Below, piece by piece: positions 56,555-64,000 of a stretch of 64,000 nucleotides of DNA. Position 1 is the stretch's first letter; every line of letters starts with the position of its first letter. The position numbers and the translations under genes were made by a program. This DNA is from an uncultured Methanoregulaceae archaeon (GTDB lineage: Archaea; Halobacteriota; Methanomicrobia; Methanomicrobiales; Methanospirillaceae). The notes beneath the pieces are model-generated. The model ran no database searches, was not told the DNA's origin, and saw only the letters and a list, made by a program, of their open reading frames with translations. The stretch spans positions 2,464,001 through 2,528,000 of the forward strand of contig OY969564.1 in assembly GCA_963701095.1 (NCBI GenBank), in the 5' to 3' direction.

Positions 56555-56711
56555 CGGTGAGTTGATATCTGAACTATTTAATGGTTCAGCTCTGATTGGC
56601 TTTGCATCTCAGATCCTCAAAGTCGATCTCTTCGAAACATTTTTGTGGGCCGAACCTCACAGTGACTATACCTGAACTTGAGGGAGCGACAGTCAGCCAG
56701 ATCGTTTTCTT

Positions 56712-57041
56712 ATGGATTCCCATGATGAATATTCTCAACAGACCGCAGAATACGCAATGGCATTGGATCTCTGTTCCCGGAAGATGGACTTTTCCTGCCA
56801 TACATCCGAGACTGGACTTTTCCTCACATATCGCGATAATGGTGTGGGTATCTCTGAAGAGGACAAAAAGAAACGCTTCAAGAAGGGGTTCGGGAAGCAT
56901 ACCGGCCTTGGCCTCTACCTCTCCCGCTCGATCCTTGCAATCACCGGTAATTCCATCACAGAGACCGGGGTCCCGGGGACAGGGGTGCAATTTGAGATAC
57001 TTATTCCATTTAGACTGTACCGCTTCCCAATTCCTCGTTAA
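56712..57041 (+). pseudogene. Orphan HATPase_c fragment
   Basis: YRDNGVGISEEDKK..F.KGFGKHTGLGL.LSR.IL...G..I.ETG.PG.G..FEI; no H or N box. Confidence 0.75.
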
Positions 57042-57250
57042 TGGTAAAGATTCCCTGTTTAGCTGACAAAACAAGGATGCATTTTCCTCAGTTGGTTCAC
57101 AGCTTCCCGTGGAAGGCGAAAATCACGTCTTATGTAGTAGAGTGGAGATAATATATTGAGTGATTAATTATATTAACATTGATAATCTCACCATCCCTAT
57201 ACTCCTATGCAAACTATCGGATTATTTTTTTAATAATCTAGTAGGGGAGC

Positions 57251-60127
57251 CTGCAAAATACGTCCTCATACAGAACAGCGGAGAACCCACCTCTTGAAGA
57301 GGATTCTAAAGAGGGCCGGTCGATTTTCCGGAGCCTTCTCATTATTTCCGGTGCCGGATCCTTTGTTATAGGTGCTGCCGGAATTCTAGGGTTGTTTTTT
57401 GGGATTTCCACACTCACCAGTGTCTGGCCGGGAGACAAACCAATCGCTTTATCTGCTGCATTGGTATGGGTTTTTTTTGGGTTGGTACTGATCATCCATG
57501 CGCGACACTCGCCCTCCAGGGCCGGGCAGATATTCGTTGGGGCACCGCTTGCTCTTATCGCCGTATCAGCCGCCCTTGAACTTCCCCTCAACCTGCTCGG
57601 TCACCATTTCCTGATCGAGAACTTCATCAACAGCGTTGCAGCACCTTTCATGGCCGCCTCTCTCTCCCCCATTTCTCCTGTTGCCACGTTTCTGGTTATT
57701 CCTTCTGCTATTGGCCTGTTTCTGCTGAACTTCATGCCAGAAAAACATCCCCGGGACCAGCACGAACAGAATATCGTGAGTATAATCGGGTTTTTTTGCG
57801 CTGCAACCGGCTTTCTGTTAGCGGTGAGCTACCTGTATGGTTCGCCATTTTTCTATAACACTCAGATCACACCTATTGCCTTCACTTCTGCACTTGCCGG
57901 TATGTTTGTGGGAACCGGCTTGATAGTGGCGGCAGGGTTAGATGCATTTCCACTGGTTTATTTTTCCGGCTCCAGCACTCGAGCACGGCTCCTCCGGGTC
58001 TTCTTCCCCCTTACGATCGCATTTGTCCTTCTCCAAAACCTGTTTTCTGTTGTTTTAGTCTCAATCCTGCATGTTCGTCAGGCAATCGAATTTGCAGTAT
58101 GCCTTCTCCTGTTCTGCCTCCTCACCAGTTTGGTCATCAACAAAGTTACAAAAGAAATAGGATTGTCCATAGATCAGGAAGCGAAGAAGCGAAAGGAAGC
58201 TGAAGAAATACTTGTAAAAAGCCAGGCAGATCTGACTGCTGCCTATGAAGAGATTATAACCTCTGAAGAGGAGAGAATCCTTCTTGCGGCCATCGTAGAA
58301 TACTCTGATGATGCCATCATAGGTAAAACACTGGATGGGATCATTACCAGCTGGAATGCTGCTTCTGAGAAGATCTATGGATATACTTCAGCCGAGACCG
58401 TTGGTAAGCATATTTCGATTATCGTCCCCCCGGACCGGCTAGATGAACTTGCTGGAATCATGCCGAAGATTTCTCATGGTGATCATGTCACCCATTTCGA
58501 AACCGATCGGCTGAAAAAAAACGGTTCCCGTATCAGGGTTTCCCTGACAATATCCCCCATCAGGAGTCATGATGGCCGTATTACCGGAGTCTCCACAATT
58601 GCACGAGATATTACCGAACTCAAAGAAACCGAATTATCACTTAAAAAAAGCGAAGAGCAGTACCGGTTGCTGTTTGAGAATATGAATGAGGGATTTGCCT
58701 ATTGCCGTATGTTCTATACTGACAGAGGTGAGCCAATCGATTTCGTATTTCTGAATGTCAATAATGCATTTGAAAGAATTATAGGTACGGGTATCGTAAT
58801 CGGGAAACCGGTTACGGAAGTGTTCCCCGGTATTCGCAATGCATTTCCGCAACTGTTTGAGATTTACGGCCGGGTGACCCGGACCGGGAAACCCGAATCG
58901 TTTGAGATCAATTTTATGCCCGTGAAAAAATGGCTATTCATCTCAGTGTATTCTCCTTCCCCGGAACACTTTGTTGCAATCTTTACTGATATCACGGACC
59001 GTAAGCATGCAGAAAAAAATCTTCGTGATGCCAATGAATATCTCCAAAACCTGATAAACTATGCAAATGCCCCGATCATCGTCTGGGATCCGGAGTTCCG
59101 GATCACCAGGTTCAACCACGCATTCGAACTGCTGACCGGCAGAACCGAGAAGGACGTTATTGGCCTAAATCTTGGGATTCTCTTCCCGGAAACAAGTAGA
59201 GATGCATCCTTCGAATTCATAAGAAAAGCTCTTTCCGGTGAGCGGTGGGAGATCGTAGAAATACCGATTCTCAATGTATCCGGTGAGATAAGGATAGTAC
59301 TCTGGAACTCGGCCAATATTGTTGATCCCAGCGGAAAAATAATATCGATCATCGCGCAGGGTCAGGATATTACAGACCGTAAGCTGACTGAAGCAGAACG
59401 TGAGCAAATTATCAAGGATCTTGAGCAGAAAAATGCCGAACTCGAACGCTTTACGTATACCGCTTCGCATGACTTAAAAAGCCCGTTAATCACTATCCGC
59501 GGTTTTTCTGACATTTTGGCAGAAGATATCAAGAAAAACGATATGGTCATGGTGGTACGGGATCTGGATCGAATCAATGCAGCAGCACAGAAGATGGAAA
59601 TTCTCCTTAAGGATCTCCTGAATCTTTCAAGGATCGGCAGAATCGTCAACCCCCCCGAAAATGTGCCGTTTGGTGAAATTGCAAACGAAGCTGTTGAGCT
59701 CCTGAATGCATCCCTCCAGCAGCATAACGTTACAGTAACAATTGATCCGGATATGCCAACCGTCTGCGTCGATAACGTCAGGGTTCGCGAAGCCCTGACA
59801 AATCTTGTAGAGAACGCGATCAAATTCATGGATGACCAGTCACACCCGGAGATCCATATCGGAGTGAAATATGATGAAAAACAGCCGGTATTTTTTGTTC
59901 GAGACAACGGTATCGGTATCGATCCAAGATACCAGATACGAATTTTCAACTTGTTTGAAAAACTGGACCCAAGAAAGGAAGGTTCGGGTGCGGGTCTTGC
60001 CATCGTTAAACGGATTATTGAAGTTCACGGCGGAAAAATCTGGGTGGAATCCGCAGGTGACGGTAGTGGAAGTACGTTCTGGTTCACGCTGCCGGTTGTC
60101 CCCGCTACTGGAGAAGATACCGTATGA
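57251..60127 (+). CDS. Membrane 3xPAS histidine kinase (SHDL H-box type); start uncertain
   Basis: Frame is open upstream of 57392 back to CTG 57251, right after AGGGGAG; 7 TM, 3 PAS, ASHDLKSPL, NAIKF, DNGIG, GAGLAI. Confidence 0.88.
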   Translation: MQNTSSYRTAENPPLEEDSKEGRSIFRSLLIISGAGSFVIGAAGILGLFFGISTLTSVWPGDKPIALSAALVWVFFGLVLIIHARHSPSRAGQIFVGAPLALIAVSAALELPLNLLGHHFLIENFINSVAAPFMAASLSPISPVATFLVIPSAIGLFLLNFMPEKHPRDQHEQNIVSIIGFFCAATGFLLAVSYLYGSPFFYNTQITPIAFTSALAGMFVGTGLIVAAGLDAFPLVYFSGSSTRARLLRVFFPLTIAFVLLQNLFSVVLVSILHVRQAIEFAVCLLLFCLLTSLVINKVTKEIGLSIDQEAKKRKEAEEILVKSQADLTAAYEEIITSEEERILLAAIVEYSDDAIIGKTLDGIITSWNAASEKIYGYTSAETVGKHISIIVPPDRLDELAGIMPKISHGDHVTHFETDRLKKNGSRIRVSLTISPIRSHDGRITGVSTIARDITELKETELSLKKSEEQYRLLFENMNEGFAYCRMFYTDRGEPIDFVFLNVNNAFERIIGTGIVIGKPVTEVFPGIRNAFPQLFEIYGRVTRTGKPESFEINFMPVKKWLFISVYSPSPEHFVAIFTDITDRKHAEKNLRDANEYLQNLINYANAPIIVWDPEFRITRFNHAFELLTGRTEKDVIGLNLGILFPETSRDASFEFIRKALSGERWEIVEIPILNVSGEIRIVLWNSANIVDPSGKIISIIAQGQDITDRKLTEAEREQIIKDLEQKNAELERFTYTASHDLKSPLITIRGFSDILAEDIKKNDMVMVVRDLDRINAAAQKMEILLKDLLNLSRIGRIVNPPENVPFGEIANEAVELLNASLQQHNVTVTIDPDMPTVCVDNVRVREALTNLVENAIKFMDDQSHPEIHIGVKYDEKQPVFFVRDNGIGIDPRYQIRIFNLFEKLDPRKEGSGAGLAIVKRIIEVHGGKIWVESAGDGSGSTFWFTLPVVPATGEDTV

Positions 60128-61344
60128 AAAAACAACCCGTAGCATCAATCAATTCAGAAAAAAAGCCGAAAAATTCTGCCGGCATAATAAAAAAGCAGAG
60201 AAGATCAGAGAATTCCAGGGAACCTGAAAAGACAATCAGTTGGGAATCAGTCTTCCGTGCAATCGGTACACCAGTCCTTATTCTTTCCCCCGATTACACA
60301 ATCCTTGCTGCGAATGATACAATCTTGCGTTTGACCGGAAAAACAGAAACAGAACTCCGGAATATGAAGTGTTGGGAGGTTTTCCACGGGCACGACGCGA
60401 AATGTCCCCCGCAGGGTTGCCCGATGGAAAAGTTACTCATCTCTAAAAAACACGAAACTGCTGATATGAAGGTATCCTTGGATAGCGGGTGCTACCTGGT
60501 ATCCTGCACGCCGGTTTTTGATAAGAGGGGAGTTCTCACCACAATCATCCACATTGCCACAAATATCACAGGAACGAAGAAGATTGAACGGGAGCACGAG
60601 ATCCTCATAAAGGATCTCGCGCAGAAAAATGATGAGCTCGAACGGTTCACATACACCGTTTCGCATGATCTCCAGAGTCCACTCACAACCATCCGTGGAT
60701 TCGCAAGCCTTGTGGAAGAAGATATTAGGAAAAATGATAAGGCGAACGTGGCACGGGATCTTGAACGTATAAATAAAGCCGCACAGAAAATGGAGACACT
60801 CTTACAACATCTCCTCACCCTTTCAAGAATCGGCAGAATTGCCAACCCCCCGGAAAATGCTCCGTTTGTTGAGATCGCACAAGAAGCAGTGGAACTTCTG
60901 CATGCAAACCTTCATGTGAGGCATGTGAAGGTCACGATCGATCCGGGTATGCCATCAGTTAATGTAGACCGTATTCGAATGCGTGAAGCGATAATAAACC
61001 TCATCGATAATGCGATCAAGTTCATGGGAGACCAGTCGCACCCGGAGATTCATATAGGTACACAGTATGTCGAAGGGTCGCCGGTATTCTTTGTCCGGGA
61101 TAATGGTATCGGGATTGAATTGAAAAACTACGGACAGATCTTCAACCTGTTCGAAAAACTGGATGACAAAAAAGAAGGTTCCGGGGCAGGTCTTGCTATT
61201 GTAAAACGTATCATTGAAGTCCATGGGGGTAAGATCTGGGTAGAATCGAAGGGTAATGGAAACGGATGCACATTCCTGTTCACGCTTCCTGCCCTTGTAA
61301 CGGATAAAAGAGATATGTATAATAAGGCTAACAGGGGAGAATGA
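60124..61344 (+). CDS. Cytoplasmic PAS histidine kinase
   Basis: PAS with CWEVFH...CP...CP; VSHDLQSPL, NAIKF, DNGIG; ATGA overlaps at both ends. Confidence 0.92.
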   Translation: MKKQPVASINSEKKPKNSAGIIKKQRRSENSREPEKTISWESVFRAIGTPVLILSPDYTILAANDTILRLTGKTETELRNMKCWEVFHGHDAKCPPQGCPMEKLLISKKHETADMKVSLDSGCYLVSCTPVFDKRGVLTTIIHIATNITGTKKIEREHEILIKDLAQKNDELERFTYTVSHDLQSPLTTIRGFASLVEEDIRKNDKANVARDLERINKAAQKMETLLQHLLTLSRIGRIANPPENAPFVEIAQEAVELLHANLHVRHVKVTIDPGMPSVNVDRIRMREAIINLIDNAIKFMGDQSHPEIHIGTQYVEGSPVFFVRDNGIGIELKNYGQIFNLFEKLDDKKEGSGAGLAIVKRIIEVHGGKIWVESKGNGNGCTFLFTLPALVTDKRDMYNKANRGE

Positions 61345-61808
61345 TTTATATGGTTGAACTTAATGGAGGACCACTCGTTATTCTGCTTGTCGAGGATAAT
61401 GAAGCTCATGCTGAACTTGTTGTGAGGAGTATGAAAGATCAACGCGTGGCAAATAAAATTTATCACGTTATTGATGGCCAGATGGCACTTGATTTCCTGA
61501 ACCGTACTGGAGATTTCAAGGATAAAGCAAAAAGTCCGTACCCGAACCTGATCCTCCTTGACCTGCGGCTTCCCAAAGTGGACGGGCTTGAAGTACTCAA
61601 AGAGATTAAGACTACACCTCACCTCCAGCGCATTCCTGTCGTTATCCTCACGAGCTCTGACGCTGAGACCGATATCGCCCAATCGTATGATTACCATGCG
61701 AACAGCTATGTGGTCAAACCACTTGAATTCAAAAAATTTACCCAGTTAATGGGAGACCTCGGGTTCTACTGGCTGGGCTGGAATACCTCTCCCCATAAAG
61801 AAGAGTAG
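61341..61808 (+). CDS. Single-domain response regulator, Rcp1-like
   Basis: LLVEDN, LILLDLRLPKVDG, IPVVILTSS, ANSYVVKP, FYWL. Confidence 0.92.
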   Translation: MIYMVELNGGPLVILLVEDNEAHAELVVRSMKDQRVANKIYHVIDGQMALDFLNRTGDFKDKAKSPYPNLILLDLRLPKVDGLEVLKEIKTTPHLQRIPVVILTSSDAETDIAQSYDYHANSYVVKPLEFKKFTQLMGDLGFYWLGWNTSPHKEE

Positions 61809-61811
61809 TAT

Positions 61812-64000
61812 ATGAAAACTCCGCCACAAAAAAAACAACGAAAACGACGTTCGCCTTCCCTCCCAAACAATAAACCGCTCCATTTTCTTATCGTGGAAGA
61901 TGAGCCTTCTCATGCCGAACTTATCCGGCGCGGGCTTCTTTCGTATGATAACCCGTACCGGCTGACTGTCACGACATCGTTGGCTGGAGCCCGGGATCTG
62001 ATTTCTACTGATCCCCCGGATCTCATAATCTTAGACTGGCTGCTCCCGGACGGGAAAGGAGAGGAACTTCTGCCGGAAAACCCGGATTCGATCCTGTTTC
62101 CGGTTATTGTCATGACGAGTTATGGGGACAATAAGCTCGCCGCACAAATCCTCCAGAGAGGGGCGATAGATTATTTAGTAAAGGGGAAGCCTTTTTTCGA
62201 TGACTTACCTCACATCGCGGAACGTGCATTACAGACGTGGAAGAACCTTCAGTCACAGAAGATACTTGAAGGGAAGCTGATTGCCCAGGAGTCAGTTCTC
62301 CGTGCCCTTGTAAACAACCCGGCAGATTCCATCGTTCTGCTTGATAGTGATGGCACTATACTTGACCTGAACACAACCATGGTAGATCATCTGGGAATGC
62401 ATACGTCAGCTCTCATTGGAACATGTATATTCGATTATTTTCCGAAAAATCTTGCATCATCCCGGCGCCGACATATAAAAACGGTTTTCGAGACGGGAAC
62501 AGTGGCACGTTTCGATGATGAACGCGATGGCAGGTGGTATGATAATATTCTCCAGCCGGTTTTGAATAATACCGGAAAAGTTTCTCAGATCGTTATCATC
62601 GGCAGGGATATCAGTGAACGGAAACAGGTTGGTGAGGCGTTAAAAAAGAGCGAGGAACGGTACAGGATTCTAGTCGAGAATGTGCAGGAAGTTGTGTTTA
62701 TGATGACTTCCGACTTGAAGTTTACTTTCGTTAATCGAGCCACTGAGGATATGACCGGTTACTCTGCTGATGAAATGACCGGAAGATCCATTCTTGAGAT
62801 CCTGACGCCGCAGTCCGCAATGATTGTACAGAAGCGGCTTGATATGCGTAATGAAGAGGCGAACCACCACATAAAAGGTGCAAGCACCACATTCGAAATA
62901 GAAATACAGAAAAAAAACGGGGATATTATTCAGGCAGAGGTAAGTTCTAATCCCATTATAACCCCACGGGGAACATTGGCCGGCTTCCGGGGAATCGTCA
63001 GGGACGTCTCCGAGCGCAAACGGGTAGATGAGCGTCACAGGACGTACGAAACCCGACTCAATACCGCCATGGAGATCGGAAACATGGCGTGGTGGGAAAT
63101 GGATCTGCCGGGAGGGGAAGTAAGATTTGATGACCGGAAAGCCGCCATGCTGGGATATCCTTCAGACCGGTTCCATCATTACTCGGATTTTACAGCACTC
63201 CTCCACCCAAACGATTTTGAACCGACAATGCAGGCTATGCGGGATCATCTCTGCGGGAATCTTGAACGGTATTGTGCAGATTACCGTATCCGAACAGCTG
63301 ACGGAAAATTCCGATGGCTCCGGGATGTTGGCGGTATCACGAAATGGCATACCGATGGAACACCAGCAACGGTGACCGGTATCGTCATTGATATTACCGC
63401 GGGAAAACACGCAGAAGAGGCCCTGTATGAGAGCGAGGAGAGGTATCGAACCCTTGTTGAAGAGCTCCCTGACCTTGTTATTGTGCAACGGCAGGGAGAA
63501 CTCGTATATGTCAATGCAGCAGTCTTGAGGTTACTGGGGAACTCCGGGGTTAATGTGATTCACACCAGTATCTTCGACTATATCATGCCGGAATCCAGGG
63601 AAACGATCGTTAAGGCGATGGAAACGCGGGGAGGAGGAAGAAACCCGCTACCGTATGTCGTCAAGATTACTGTACCGGATGGTTCAATCCGGTGGGTTGA
63701 AATCCGGGGCGCTGACATCATGTATGAAGGACTACCGGCAACCCTCAATGTCCTGACAGACGTCACCGAGAAAAAATGGGCAGAAGAGGCAATCTTCGCA
63801 AGCGAACAGAAATTCCGGACACTTGCAGATTATACCTTTGATTGGGAGTATTGGATCGGCCCGGATGAGAAATACATTTATATCACTCCCTCCTGCGAAC
63901 GAATTACCGGATTCACGCCAGATGAGTTCTATTATAACAAGAATCTCCTTGACGATCTCATTGTACCTGAAGACAGAGATAAATTCCGGACACACAACAA
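61812..64000 (+). CDS. Receiver + multi-PAS protein (runs off the window end)
   Basis: Manual translation from ATG 61812: LIVEDEPSHAELIRR...LIILDWLLPDG...MTS...DYLVK, followed by several PAS/PAC repeats. Confidence 0.85.
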   Translation, partial: MKTPPQKKQRKRRSPSLPNNKPLHFLIVEDEPSHAELIRRGLLSYDNPYRLTVTTSLAGARDLISTDPPDLIILDWLLPDGKGEELLPENPDSILFPVIVMTSYGDNKLAAQILQRGAIDYLVKGKPFFDDLPHIAERALQTWKNLQSQKILEGKLIAQESVLRALVNNPADSIVLLDSDGTILDLNTTMVDHLGMHTSALIGTCIFDYFPKNLASSRRRHIKTVFETGTVARFDDERDGRWYDNILQPVLNNTGKVSQIVIIGRDISERKQVGEALKKSEERYRILVENVQEVVFMMTSDLKFTFVNRATEDMTGYSADEMTGRSILEILTPQSAMIVQKRLDMRNEEANHHIKGASTTFEIEIQKKNGDIIQAEVSSNPIITPRGTLAGFRGIVRDVSERKRVDERHRTYETRLNTAMEIGNMAWWEMDLPGGEVRFDDRKAAMLGYPSDRFHHYSDFTALLHPNDFEPTMQAMRDHLCGNLERYCADYRIRTADGKFRWLRDVGGITKWHTDGTPATVTGIVIDITAGKHAEEALYESEERYRTLVEELPDLVIVQRQGELVYVNAAVLRLLGNSGVNVIHTSIFDYIMPESRETIVKAMETRGGGRNPLPYVVKITVPDGSIRWVEIRGADIMYEGLPATLNVLTDVTEKKWAEEAIFASEQKFRTLADYTFDWEYWIGPDEKYIYITPSCERITGFTPDEFYYNKNLLDDLIVPEDRDKFRTHN

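Noticed and set aside
56785..56825. TGGACTTTTCCT direct repeat as further copies of the amtB motif
   Set aside because: Lacks ATCCGG, cannot form the hairpin and lies in a kinase relic

Overview
Archaeal chromosomal window, most consistent with a Methanomicrobiales methanogen (Methanoregula-like). This is inferred from mfnB, an archaeal CCA enzyme, a split archaeal glutamate synthase with an FrhB-like subunit, NrpR operators and many PAS/HisKA_2 kinases. 1-19.7 kb is mostly housekeeping (ychF, valS, tmk, mfnB, guaB, nrdH-nrdD, thpR-cca), interrupted by one decayed IS200/IS605 tnpB-only element. 19.7-30.3 kb is a nitrogen-assimilation cluster (glnK, gltB1-3 + frhB-like, glnA, two amtB, glnK) with two perfect GGAA-N6-TTCC operators. 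30.4-64 kb is an accessory region rich in two-component genes, with redox genes, a bacterial-type RNase III and several gene relics. Main leads: (1) a shared stem-loop motif with a CUUUUCA loop upstream of both amtB genes; (2) an amtB paralogue with Glu in place of the first twin-His residue; (3) an NrdD lacking its glycyl-radical domain; (4) tandem stand-alone D5/RFX-like winged-helix genes with a co-duplicated upstream region; (5) seven single-base frameshifts, all at AGCT or CCSGG, probably methylation-related sequencing errors. No rRNA, tRNA or CRISPR array was seen. All calls come from manual reading; no database searches were run.
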